A stretch of DNA of 62,186 bases, counting the filler, from Diploschistes diacapsis (lineage: Eukaryota): NCBI GenBank assembly GCA_023645945.1. It is 7 parts of 7 records of this genome, joined end to end, with 100 filler letters (N's around TTAATTAATTAA, not from the genome) between each part and the next. Parts side by side here need not be neighbours in the genome. Positions count along the whole stretch, not along the records: positions 8,930 to 17,743 come from JALAIB010001107.1; positions 17,844 to 26,650 come from JALAIB010001108.1; 5 more parts are not named here. One strand, given 5' to 3'. The position numbers were made by a program, and so were the translations under genes. Below, in pieces: positions 12,176-23,989 of the stretch (within the stretch, counting starts at the first letter, position 1; every line of letters starts with the position of its first letter). The notes under the pieces are model-generated. The model saw only the letters and a list, made by a program, of their open reading frames with translations. It did not search any database and was not told the origin of the DNA.

Positions 12176-12452
12176 GGACATAGATCGTTATACAAGTGTG
12201 AAAGAGCCTGCTGTAATTTATGGTGTTGAGCGGAGCCTAGGTTGGCTCGACTGGTTGCATTGGGAGCACATTGTGATGTTAAACAGAGGCTAACTAGTCT
12301 ACCGATTACGTTGGGGGTGTTGATCGTAGTTTATATATTGGGACCTTATGGAGGCGGGCCATAACTTCACCCAACTTAAATTTAACTGTTTGCATGCAAT
12401 GATCGCTTGGATTCTATCAGGTTAAACTGAATATGTCCCTGCTAATGCACAC

Positions 12453-13361
12453 TTATGAATCAACTTCCATGCCCTCACCCTGCGCACCTCCCTCCCCTTC
12501 CCCGTCCCCACCGGCTTCAAGTAACGGCCCAACCTCAGGCCCATCATACAACTTCAACGGCTCCGTCTTCCCCGTGTCTTCATCCCACCCCACAACAGCG
12601 ACACTCGTATTCTCGACATTCAACTCCTTCTCCTGGCTTAGGCTCTCCTTCAACGCCCGTAACCCATGCATAATCAATTCCTCCCTACTCGCCCGCTCAA
12701 ATTCATCCAGATGCCTCTCCAAATACGTCCTGGCCATCTGACTCCTCCCGCCAATCGCACACGCCACCATCTCCTGCGTCATGCCCGACGGCATAAACTC
12801 GAACAGATGCGGCCCGTCCCCGTCAACGCCCGCCACTAGCAATCCCACACCGTATGGCCGTTTGCCGTAGTTCTGCGTATTGTCCTGTGCCTTGGCACCT
12901 ATCCGGTCCGTGATGCGCTCAATGGCCAGCGCCCGGCCGTACTGGAAGCGCGATGAGAGGCACTGCGTCTTCATGAAGTTGCACAACACGCGCCCGTCCG
13001 AGGAGAGACCGGCCAGGGCGACGCCCATGTGCGAGTCGATGGGGATGATCTTTTTTTGGTAGGAGGAGAGTTCTTCGGCGTTTCGCTGTGTGGGGGTGGA
13101 AATGGTTAGTGTCTATGGGTTTGGGTGGGGGAGGAGTGGGGACGAAGCGAACCTTTAGCGCGCAGAGAACGACGTGCGTTTTGGAGATCAGGCCGAGGAC
13201 GACGGAGCCTTGCTTGACGGCTTCCATGGCGTATTCGACTTGGAAGATACGGCCTTGCGGCGAGCTGTGGCACGCTGTTTAGTTGGGTTTTGACTCGCGT
13301 GCTTCGGAGCTAGTAGAACTCACAAGGTAACGGCATCGTTGTCGTAGTTGTTGCGGAACAT
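12453..13361 (-). CDS. PRE5: 20S proteasome subunit alpha type 6 (alpha1/PSMA1-like)
   Basis: [75 protein letters not shown]; two introns. Confidence 0.96.
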
Positions 13362-14143
13362 GATGAGCTGGCCGTTGTAGCTCTGTTGTAGCTCTGAAGG
13401 GATTGGGTTAGGTCGTTGTTTAGGAAGGCGAGCTCTATTCGCGAAGAAATAGTGTCTAAGAAAGAATGGAATGCCGTCGCTTTCGTGAATGAAAACAAAG
13501 CTCTTCGAGTATCGTTGCACACGTAGGCAATCATGGACGACGTGAGCTTCGAAAGCTACGTGCAGGGATCTTGGAGCTCTTCGGCGTTAGATGATCTGTC
13601 TCCGATTGGTTGCTTGTGTCTAAGTAAGAAGCTAAGCTATGTTTGGACTAGACCTCGCTAAAGATCAACTGCAAAGTCAAGATGGGAGCCGTTGGAAGGC
13701 AGAAGGAAATCAAATTAACAATGTTGAAGATGTAGACGAGAAGCTTCTTATAGCTAAAACCCATGTGTCCACAGCCTTCTCCTTCTCTACCACCACTCTC
13801 AAGACCAACCTGGACTCCTGGGTGCTGGAAAAATGCATTCACATATATATGTTAAGTTCATCTACTTTCAGCCATGGTCTGTGATGAATCACTGTATTCC
13901 GCGGCTCAGGCACCGTAATCGAAGGCGTCGACATTCAAAAGCAAACGACTTGAACCTCACACAAGCGAGACACTAGGTAAAGTACCTATATCCGTGCGGT
14001 CCTAATTTGTGCAAGATATGCGTTACATGCTAAACTGCTGTCTACAAGAGAGGACTCCCTCTACAAACTGGTAGGCTGGCTATCTCAGGAAATTTGTTCT
14101 CCTTGTTTAGTGTTTTTGTTACTCTGTACCGACTAAAATATGT

Positions 14144-15000
14144 ATGTCTTCTAACGCTCCAATCCTTATTCTTGGCGCTCGTGTTACCGGTTTATTCCTA
14201 GCACGTACCATGCTCAATGAACGCAATATTCCATTTGCGATTTATAGTTTCCTTCTGGAGGCCGTCTTGCGGGCTGGCACTCTACTTTTTGCCTGCCTTT
14301 ACGCTTCTTCACTGGAGATTGTTGCCGTGGAACTGCAAAAACTTCCACAGAAGACGGCTACTGATCCGCGTCTTGGAAGCCACTGCCTCATTGGTATCTG
14401 TGCTTACTACGCTTGCCCAGGCGAGCAACATTTTGATACGGGGAAACTATGTGGAGCGCCTATTGTTCTGATAGAAAGGTGGTAGCAAATTTTCTGCCCA
14501 AGCGCATTCATGAGCGCAGGTTGGATTTCTGGACCAAAGCGGAAAGCTTATTTCTACTCAGAAACGGGTTAGCATCGGCCAGGTACACTCTCGCTCTTTG
14601 TCTGCAACTGGAAACTCACCGGACTTCGACATCCCCATTGGAAATCGAATCCCTCCCACATGAACACAACGGGACAGGCTGCTACCCACTATCGAGAATC
14701 AGCGGAGCCATACTCCACCCTCTTTCCGACGTAATGCTCGAGGAACCCGTCCTCTCCAAGTGACCCTTGCGAGGCGTACCCATTTTGCACGCCGCTGTTA
14801 TTTCATGCCTTAACAGCTCAAGCGTTGCGTTCATCGATGATGCCGCGCAGATAATGCCGATATGTACTAGCGAAATTTGTTAAACGGAGACTTCCGGATG
14901 AAGTAGATCCCAGTATTATTTACGAGTATTTGGAGACGAGAACGTATGATTTGAGGCGGTTTCCAAACTAGCAAGAAAGTATAGATCATTCGATAAGTGA
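14144..15000 (+). pseudogene. Degenerate FAD-dependent monooxygenase
   Basis: MSSNAPILILGARVTGLFLARTMLNERNIPFAIY resembles the VLIIGAGxxGLxLA...IPFxIFE Rossmann start with GxGxxG broken; downstream frames are fragmented by stops and frameshifts. Confidence 0.5.
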
Positions 15001-15539
15001 GTGAGTGGTTTGCGCAAGATAATGGCTGACTGGAAGTATTTGCAGGGAAGATGGTGGCGCTGAGACAGCAGAAAAACGTTTGATGGCGATGACTGTCCAG
15101 GGAAGATCGGATATGCTATCGGCAGGTCCAGTGCATATCTCTACTCCTATATGAAGGCCTGGAAACGAGAGATTTCTCTTTTGAGGTGCACAGCAGGTCT
15201 TTTTCTGGTTCGAAAGTATCTGGTCTTGTCAGTTTCGATAGGATGAAAGCGGCTTGATATGCGTTCTGCATTTTTGTCTTGGCTAGAAAGGCAACACTTC
15301 AACCTCCGTGACCCTGCTACGACTATCAAAATTCACCTAGTGCCAGACATTCTTACCGTTTCTAGTATTGCTTTGGGGGCTACGTGGATGTACCTCCTGC
15401 TAGTAGTGGTTACATATAGTACGGCCCCCGCATACGCCTGCGTCATAGAACCTTCCAAAACTGCGACTCTTTTCAACACCACTTCAATTCAACACGACGC
15501 GAAAACTAGCAAGAAAGGCTGGAGAAACTTACTTTCAAA

Positions 15540-17483
15540 ATGGATTATGACGACTATGATCTGTCCCTGCCTATCGAATCAACAATGGGAATTACCAAAG
15601 GCCTAGCCTCTTACGGGGACGCGCATTTCTCCCTCTTCCTCCGCAAGGCCTTCATCAAAGCTCTCGGCTACAGCGAGGATGCTCTCTCAAGATCCATAAT
15701 AGGAATAATAAATACCAACTCCGGCTTCAATCCCTGCCATGCCAATACGCCGCAGCTCATCGAAGCTGCAAAGCGTGGCATTCACCTGGCCGGGGGCTTG
15801 GCCGTGGAGTTTCCGACAATCAGTATCCACGAGTCTTTTTCGTCGCCCACGAGCATGTTTTTGCGAAATCTAATGAGCATGGATACAGAAGAGATGATTC
15901 GTGCGCAGCCTATTGATGCTTGTATCATGATTGGGGGTCAGATTCACCTGGGCATGAAGAGCGACTTAGTCTTATGGTCAGATAGGCTGCGACAAGACGG
16001 TCCCTGCACAGCTTATGGGCGGTCTCTCAGCAGATAAGCCGATTTTTCCACTGATTACGGGACCGATGCTACCAGGTAACAATAAGGGGGTCCGCATCGG
16101 TGCTTGCACTGACTGCAGAAGCAATTGGGCTGCGTATAGAGCAGGTATCATAGACGTCGAAGAGATAGCCAGCATTAATGAAGAACTAGCGCCAACGGTA
16201 TTGTAGCTTCCCCTACTCTTCTAATGTTCACTATCACTTTGGATGCAGTCGGCAGCCTTACTGACTACCACTAGGCAGGAACTTGTGGCGTGATGGGGAC
16301 AGCTAGCACCATGGCTTGTCTCACCGCTGCCCTCGGCCTTATTCCCCTTTCCGGCGCTTCTGCCCCAGCTGTCTCCTCCGCTCGTCTACGCATCGCTGAA
16401 GAGACCGGCAAGCTCGCTGTCCACGCCACTTCTTATACCAATCAAAATAGACCATCGCAGCGACTCAGCAAAGCTTCGTTTCTTAATGCCATCACCGTCC
16501 TCCAAGCTATAGGCGGCTCTACAAACGCCGTCGTGCACATGATAGCCATCATAAACCGCCACCCGGACCCCGAAGTGCGCAGCATCAACCTTGACACCGT
16601 TGATCAAATCGGCCGTACCACTCCCCTCCTTGTCGATCTCAAGCCGAGTGGAGAGGGTTACATGACGGACTTCCACGCTGCCGGCGGCATGAAAGCACTC
16701 ATTTATCACCTCCGCCCACTCCTACACCTAGATGCCTACACATATAGAGGTTCTACTCTCGGCGATGTGTTTGAATTCCACGATGATAATCTACCCTTTT
16801 TTATCCCAAACGCTTACTCCCTCTCCATAATCCGTCCCCTCTCCTCTCCCCTTTATCCTTCATCATCGCTCGTCGTGTTAAGAGGTAACCTCGCCCCCAA
16901 CGGCGCCATCATGAAAGCCTCAGCATCTAAAGACCCCCGCCTCCTCTCGCACTCGGGTCCCGCCGTCGTGTTCGACAACACCGAAGACCTAGCCCGCAGG
17001 ATCGATTCTCGCAATCTTAATGTCACCAGGGACTCAGTGCTCGTGCTCAAGAACATCGGGCCCAAGGGGTTCCCGGGGATGCCGGAAGCGGGGCTGATTC
17101 CAATCCCCCGCAAGCTAGCGAGGCAAGGGGTGAGCGATATGCTGCGCATAAGCGATGGGAGAATGAGCGGGACGGCGGGCGGGACGGTCGTGCTGCATGT
17201 CAGTCCTGAGGCGGCGGAGCAGAATAGTGTTTTTGGGGTGGTGGAAGATGGGGATGTTGTGAGGGTGGATGTAGAGAGTAGGGTTTTAGAGTTGGTGGGG
17301 GTTGGAACGGAGGAGATCGAGGAGAGGACGAGGAAGACGAGGGAGAAAAGACAGGCGGTGGAAACGGAGCGGCTAGATCAGAGGAAAGAAGCGCAGAGGG
17401 GGTATAGAAGGCTATATATAGAGAATGTAAATCAAGCTCATGAAGGGGCGGATTTTGGGTTTCTGACTGCAACGGGGAGGTAG
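15540..17483 (+). CDS. IlvD/Edd family dehydratase (dihydroxy-acid / sugar-acid dehydratase-like)
   Basis: FNPCH, spliced IGG/CDKTVPAQLMG, GACTDCR, T/AGTCGVMGTASTM, IGGSTNAVVH, LRGNLAPNGA, GPKGFPGMPE, SDGRMSGT, HVSPEAA; introns at about 15940-15985 and 16198-16273. Confidence 0.92.
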
Positions 17484-17743
17484 GATAGTACATAGCATAC
17501 ACGGGCCTCCTTGATGCTATGGTTTCAGACAGTTAGGGGGACATCAACCCAATACTCGCTAGACGGACGATATGAGCGGTGCCCGTTCAGGCAGCGCCAC
17601 AAACTGACCGTTCATGTATCTCAGTACCCTTCCCAGCTCTTCAATATGAACTTTGACCCCTCCATCCTCCAGTCTCACATCCTGCGAGCCAAACGCATCT
17701 CCGCCCATTAAACCAACCACCCTTCCTCCACCAATCCACGCAC

Positions 17744-17843
17744 NNNNNNNNNNNNNNNNNNNNNNNNNNNNNNNNNNNNNNNNNNNNTTAATTAATTAAN
17801 NNNNNNNNNNNNNNNNNNNNNNNNNNNNNNNNNNNNNNNNNNN
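17744..17843. other. Artificial contig-joining linker
   Basis: Same 100-nt linker. Confidence 0.98.
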
Positions 17844-17984
17844 TCTTAACATTTTCACCTTTCGTACAAATAATTTTATGTGTGGTTGTGGGGCTCAAAA
17901 GCTCGCTTAAAACTATCTAGCGCATCTACATTATAATGAGTAACCCGCTTTGTGGTGTAACCCGTTTTGTGGTGAAAGACGTTA
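17844..17984. mobile_element. Terminus of a Fot1/pogo-like DNA transposon (TIR plus TA target site)
   Basis: Minus strand reads TA|ACGTCTTTCA-CCACAAAACGGGTTACA-CCACAAAGCGGGTTAC: ACGT terminus with two tandem 17-bp repeats (17941-17974), the layout of Vader/Tan1-type TIRs; located at the contig start. Confidence 0.7.
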
Positions 17985-18710
17985 ATTTCCGCCGTATATT
18001 ACGTGTACACCCGATTTTATATACTGCCAAGATAACGGTCAGAATAACCGGGACCAAAGTTATTATATGTAATATGTAAAGGCCTGGGGTACCGTACCAC
18101 GCTGAAGAGACTGCCACTCTATCCATGGTACCAACTGGGCTATTAGTCTTCCAGAAGCACGCATATAGGCACTAGGGACTATCTTCGACGATTTCGGGGA
18201 CAATGACTGGAGACCTTCAGGGGTAGAGGTAAGTCTCTTAATCAATCAAGCGGGAAAGATGAAAATTGATCAAGCATTATAGGAATAAGCTCAAGCAAGC
18301 TCGAACACAGATAGATATGTAAGCATATGTGAAACCAAGCTCGAAAACAGATGAGACGTAAATAGTTCGGTTCAGTTCAGCTCAACTAGTTGAAAGCTTT
18401 AGATCCTCATAATTAGCTCCGCTCTCTGTTTGGGAATCAAAGGCTATTCTACAGATCTTAGATGTTATGCATTAGGATTTTGAATATTACGTAACTCCCA
18501 ATAATCTGCTAACTTAACTTATACATATTCTTAGCAGCCCCCCACTTCAAGTATTCTACCAAACTGAAGTTTGCCGAAGCTTCGCGTTACTTTAGCAATC
18601 ACCCCTGCTCAATTCAGAGCATAATCAGCCAAGCAGAGCGCTCTCCCAAGGATAGTAAACTGTCTCTTGTCCCTTCCTTTTCTTCAACTTTCAAAGAGAG
18701 GTCGCCCAAC

Positions 18711-20252
18711 ATGCCCGTCGACTATAGCAAGTGGGATGCGCTGGAGCTCTCGGACGATTCTGACTTTGAGCCACACCCGAATGTGGATAAGCGCTCCTTC
18801 ATAAGAGCGAAGCAGAATCAGATACACCAGCAACGAGCTGAGCGGAAGCACCAAATAGAGACCTTCAAGTATGAACGGATTATCAACGATGGACTCCTCC
18901 GCCGAATCGATACGCTACTGGCAGAGCTTCGGGGCCATGAATCCGAGGCTAGGGACAGAAATGCTTTCTTGTACCAAGCTATGATTGCATCTGCCGGCGA
19001 CCCTGACGATGATGAGGCACCAAAGCCACCTACGGGAGTCCATACCCAGGATGAGCCTATCAAGTACTCACAGATGATGGGAAGTCTCATTGATCAGGTC
19101 AAGAAAGAAGTGGACGATTCCGAGTCAGATGATTGGTACCGCGCTTACATCAAAGGGGTTGAAGGGCACAAGAAAAAGGTCATGGGGCTGCAGAAGGAGC
19201 TAGAAACAAAATTAGCTGAGCTTGAGAAAGAGGAGGGACGCAAAATCACTAGTGAGCATATCAGAGATGGTTTCAACGCTTCGTCCGTCAGTAAAGAAAA
19301 AAGCAAACCTTCCACGTTCCCAAAAGAAGGGTCAAAGGGCGAAACCATTGAAGTGCTAAACCCTGCGGCACTGAAGAAGAGTCAGCTAGCACGGCAGGAC
19401 TCGGCGATTTCGTCAGGCGCTGAGGCGGATATTGATGAGAATATTGGCTCTCTACAGGAGAAGAAGGGTAACGAAGAGGAAGACGACGTCGAGCCAACCG
19501 AGCTTGGAAAGCAATTTGCGAAGATCAAGTATGGTGATTACCCTACCTGCTTGCGCTTCATATCAGAGCACCCGGAGGTCATGGCCGAACGCGAGACAGA
19601 TGGCCTGCTAGTGCAAGGCTTTGACGCACAACTGAAGGGCAATGCAAGCTACGCTAAGCTGTGTGTTCACCAAGCTCTCCTGATACAATACTGTCGCTCT
19701 CTCGGCAAAGACGGCGTTCATCTGTTCTTCAGGCGCATAACGACGCCCGGTCACCAAGCGCAGAAAGTCTTCTTGGACGACGTCGGCTCAACCTACAATA
19801 GAATTAAAGAGCGAACTGCGCAGATCGCCGCCGAGAGAGCGGCTAACCCATCCGCAGACGAGGAGCAGGTGGAACAGATTCAACTCCAAGCGGTGGAGCC
19901 CGGTAGCGAAATACACATCAATGTACCAGCCCCGGGCAGCGAAGACGAGATTGAAAAGCAGGCCCGTGCGATCTTTGAAACCTTTCCACCAGGCCTACAG
20001 CGAGCTTTGGAAAGCGGGAGCCTGGATCGTGTCAATGAGGTACTAGGCAAGATGAGCGTCGAGGAGGCAGAGGAAGTGGTTGGTCAGCTTGGCGAAAGTG
20101 GAATGCTCGATATGCGACAAGGCGTCATCGACAGCACGACGGAGCAAGGACGGGAGGAGCTGCGGCAGATGAAAGAGGCAGATGAATCGCTCGGGTACGG
20201 CGCTGGAGATCTCGGGGAACCAGGAGACGCTGTCGTGGCAGATCCTGACTGA
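18711..20252 (+). CDS. CDC37: Hsp90 co-chaperone Cdc37
   Basis: Single 513-aa ORF starting MPVDYSKWDALELSDDSDFEPHPNVDKRSFIRAKQ; HQALLIQYC; LDRVNEVLGKM. Confidence 0.96.
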   Translation: MPVDYSKWDALELSDDSDFEPHPNVDKRSFIRAKQNQIHQQRAERKHQIETFKYERIINDGLLRRIDTLLAELRGHESEARDRNAFLYQAMIASAGDPDDDEAPKPPTGVHTQDEPIKYSQMMGSLIDQVKKEVDDSESDDWYRAYIKGVEGHKKKVMGLQKELETKLAELEKEEGRKITSEHIRDGFNASSVSKEKSKPSTFPKEGSKGETIEVLNPAALKKSQLARQDSAISSGAEADIDENIGSLQEKKGNEEEDDVEPTELGKQFAKIKYGDYPTCLRFISEHPEVMAERETDGLLVQGFDAQLKGNASYAKLCVHQALLIQYCRSLGKDGVHLFFRRITTPGHQAQKVFLDDVGSTYNRIKERTAQIAAERAANPSADEEQVEQIQLQAVEPGSEIHINVPAPGSEDEIEKQARAIFETFPPGLQRALESGSLDRVNEVLGKMSVEEAEEVVGQLGESGMLDMRQGVIDSTTEQGREELRQMKEADESLGYGAGDLGEPGDAVVADPD

Positions 20253-20567
20253 GCGCACAAAGGTAATGAATGGTATTGGATTTCTGATCACTTTACCAAT
20301 AGTGCCTGCGATTAGACAGGGAACCCAACAGAATCCTGCGTATTGAAGGCTCATTGGCGGTGAGCATAGGCGACGACCTTTGGGATTGATCCCGCGTTAA
20401 TGATACATACATAGTTAAATCGCAAATCTTCGCCGGACGCTCTAATGCAATTCCCCCTTTGCAAATGTATGCCCATGCGGAAACTGATTAAATCCGACTC
20501 CCCCTCCAGGGAGCCTTCCCGAACCCGCTATAGACCACACCTTGCCATAACGTGCTGTGTTCTGTGC

Positions 20568-21457
20568 CTAGATGCCAGAAGCCCCTGGCGCCTTCTCGTC
20601 TTTCCTCAAACTCGTCAACAGCTCCCTAAACCTCTCCTTCCCTGTGCCCGCCGCGCCGCCTTTAGCGCCCTTCCCGCTGAGGTCCACCAGCTTGGCAATC
20701 CGATCCCAGCTGGTACCACCAGAGCTTGTATCTTCGCGGCCCGCCATGAACTCCTCTGCCTCGCGACGTGTCTGGGCGACGTTTTTGTCGCGCTTGCTAT
20801 TGTACAACTCGTAGAAGTCGTCAATGGACTTTTGCGCGGCTTCAATGGTCTTGGCCTTCTTGTCGGCGGCAACTTGGGCGCGGTGCTCGAGGGCGAGTGA
20901 GCGGCGTTCGCGCCATTCTCTGCGCAGAGACCATAATCAGCGTCCATTCAGACCAGGCATTGAGATTAAGGGGAAATGAGGGGCTCACCTAATTACTTCC
21001 GGCTCCTCTTCAGGAGCTGCGTAGCTGCTGTACGACGGCCGAGGGACCGACGGGCCGGTGATGGTGCCCCCGGGGCCAACCTGCTCGTTACGGTTATCGA
21101 TCGCAGGGAAGGAGGATTCGAAGCCGGAGATGTCTTCGTCGTGGGCGCCGCTGGCGGTTGGGGGTGTGCTCATGTCGCCGCCGAGCAGGTCCTCCTCGCC
21201 ATCCTCTACCGTTGCGACGTTGTCGCCCGGCGTCGCGAATAGATCCGCGTCATCGCCCAGCGCGGCTCTCTCGCGGTCGAGGAAGTTCTGCTCGTCTCCG
21301 GTAGTGCCGTGCGGGATGCCGGTGTGATCTGTAGACAAGAGGTTAGCTGGGCCGCCGTTTGAGCTGGGATGAGTGAGAGGGGCAATTTTGACTGTGAGGC
21401 ATTGGAGCTCGGCCTACCTTCAGAGAGATCTTCTATCGATGGGAAGCGGTCGGCCAT
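20568..21457 (-). CDS. CLC1: Clathrin light chain
   Basis: MADRFPSIEDL, NFLDRERAALGDDADLF, FESSFP, EEPEVIR/EWRER, IDDFYELYN, GTSWDRIAKLVD, RFRELL; two introns. Confidence 0.93.
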
Positions 21458-21980
21458 GATGTGCGGATTTCGCCAGAGTTTGGGTGATATTTCGTCGCTA
21501 GACATGAAAGCTACGGAGTTGATGTATAACTTATTATTTTGCCGTATGAGTATCCACCTTCCACGGTGTCCAAATCGGAGTGTGGTGTAGTTATCTTGGT
21601 TGGTACACGTACCTTTTGACGGAAAGTTCAGCCATTTACGCTGCGCCGCATCAAACTTGCGGCTTTTGAAACAACTTCACCCTACACGCTACAGTATATA
21701 CACTCTACCGAATCTACAGAGATCGTTAGAACTGCAAGAGTCGCTCGACAGACATCCTACGCTGTCGTTTGATTAAGTCTAGCAACTGTGGTACCTTTTC
21801 TTTTAAGAGAGTCTGTACAATTGCAAGGCGAGCCCAGTTCCCGAACCTTCACGTATCTTCCATTGTCAATAGAGTCCCCCTTCCATCTAGAACTTTGATA
21901 CGCAACTACGTAGCATTTCTTGGGGCACTGCCTCGAGCACCTTGAAACGTCCGCGGTACAGCTCCGAAATACCACTCACC

Positions 21981-23401
21981 ATGTCGTATACCGACGATGT
22001 AGTGAAAGCCAAGCTCTCCGCTTTGAATGAGACACAAGAGAGCATCGTTACAGTTGCGCAGTGGATCATGTTCCATAGGTAAAATCCGCTGCCGACTCTG
22101 CTATTTCTGCTCTGACTATGATGCACAGGAGATATGCGGATCGCACGGCAGCTCTGTGGCTTCAGAAACTTAAAGACTCGAGCGCTTCGAAGCGATTGAA
22201 CCTGGTATACCTGGCAAATGGTAAGGATCTACTGAGATTTCAGTAGAAATGCTAAAGTCATTGGGCAGAGGTTGTTCAACAGTCAAAGGCTCGAAAGAAA
22301 GATGATTTCCTCATTGCATTCTCACCGGTAGGTCTGTTCTCTTTGAGCCTGAAAAATAGCGCTAATGACCTGCAGATCATAGGTGAAGCTACCGCAAGCG
22401 CTTACAAAGGTGCCACGAGCGAGGTTCAAGCGAAGTTGAAGCGGGTGGTCGAAGTATGGAGACAGCGTATGATCTTTGAAACACCAATCCAAGATGCAGT
22501 CGAAGCTCGAATCGCTGGTGAGTACGTATGGTATTGTCAAGACTTCGACTAACTCTATGCAGAGTTGGACAAATCCAGAGGTGCTGGCCGAAAGCCTCTG
22601 CTAGGCAATGCCGCTCTATCAAGCTCGTCTGGACCCACGGCCCCTCCCGAGATTCAGCCTCTTATTCCCCTTCAACAAGCAATCATCAAAGCAACTTCCA
22701 CTCTGGCTAACAATCAAGAAGCTACTGCAGACTATGGCAAGCTCATGGATGTGTCAACCGAACCACCATCAGCCCCTGTGCACGCCGCTCGTCTTAGTGC
22801 ACTTTTGAAGAAGCTAGCCAGCGCTGAAGGAGCTGTTGCAGAGCGCATTAAAGCTCGTCGTGACCTAATTGCAGGACTGGAGCAGCTGCTTGGGAGCAAT
22901 AGAGAGGCACTGGCAGCAGAAGAGGTACAACATAGAGACTTATCTTCCAAAAAGGACGCTGTCGAGACGAAGAAACGTGAAGTCGAAGACGAGATAATTC
23001 GCAAATTACCGTCGGAATCCCCGTATCCAGCAACTACCAACGGCGATGGTGCAGAAGGCCTTATCAACGGTCAAAACGACGGCGCGGACGAGTTAGAGCG
23101 GCCGCAGATGGAAGAGCTTACCCCGCCTCCCGTTACTCAATCGCCGGTCTACCCAGATGATGACTTTGAACCGGCTGAGCCGGGAGAGGAGGGCTTCGGT
23201 GCTTTCCGAGCGGGAACACCCACGCCTCCAGCAGGCTTCGATTTCGGAACTCCCCACGATTCTACAATCCAGGATGTGGATGGTCCCTTGAGCAAGAAGC
23301 GGAAGTTTGACGAAGGTTTTGGGGGATTTATGGTTGATCGTAGTCGCGATCTGGAAGATGATGTTAACGATCTGATCAAGGCTGAGGGTGGTGCACACTG
23401 A
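21981..23401 (+). CDS. CID-domain RNA Pol II CTD-binding protein (Rtt103/RPRD1-like)
   Basis: MSYTDDVVKAKLSALNETQESIVTVAQWIMFHR, KRLNLVYLAN/EVVQQSK, KLKRVVEVWRQRMIF; four GT-AG introns; coiled-coil and acidic C-terminus. Confidence 0.88.
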
Positions 23402-23989
23402 GACTGTACCGAAGATGATTGTATATCTAACATAATGGGGGTACCTAAGCGTAGACATGCCTGCCTTTGATAATATCGCTTCACAAATTCTAGGAAGCAC
23501 CCATGTCACAAATGAGGTTAGTATGCTCATCACAATACCTATTGTTTCTAACGTGCGAGGATGCTACAGGCCCTGAATTGTGCAGAAGCCAATTCTTTAC
23601 TGACAAGACATCAGCAAGCATAAGGGTAGCTGCATGCCCTTCCAAAAAGCAATAGTGACAGGCAAAACCCACAATTAAGGATATCTTTAGCATCTACAAT
23701 AGTGATGTTAACATTGCCACCGTTCTTCCATACGATGTAAGAAAACTGCACCATCTCCCTGGACATAATGAAAAATATATTAACAACATAGGCATTCACC
23801 CATAAGAAATGTGTTGATTAGGGGTCCGGAGCCCTCCTCAACACTATACTTTTTTGCTCTACCTACATATGTGTTCTTTTCTCCTTCCATTTTTCATAAT
23901 TGCTACAGCTCCCGTCCTTGTAACCTAGATATCGGGCAGCCAGAGTTTTACTTATCACTCTTTTGTTACTACCATGTTCATTGAGGAAT

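Noticed and set aside
15540..17483. Dehydratase as an AstD-like self-resistance gene for the PKS
   Set aside because: It is on a different contig, has no biosynthetic neighbours, and its motifs fit the sugar-acid branch rather than Ilv3/AstD
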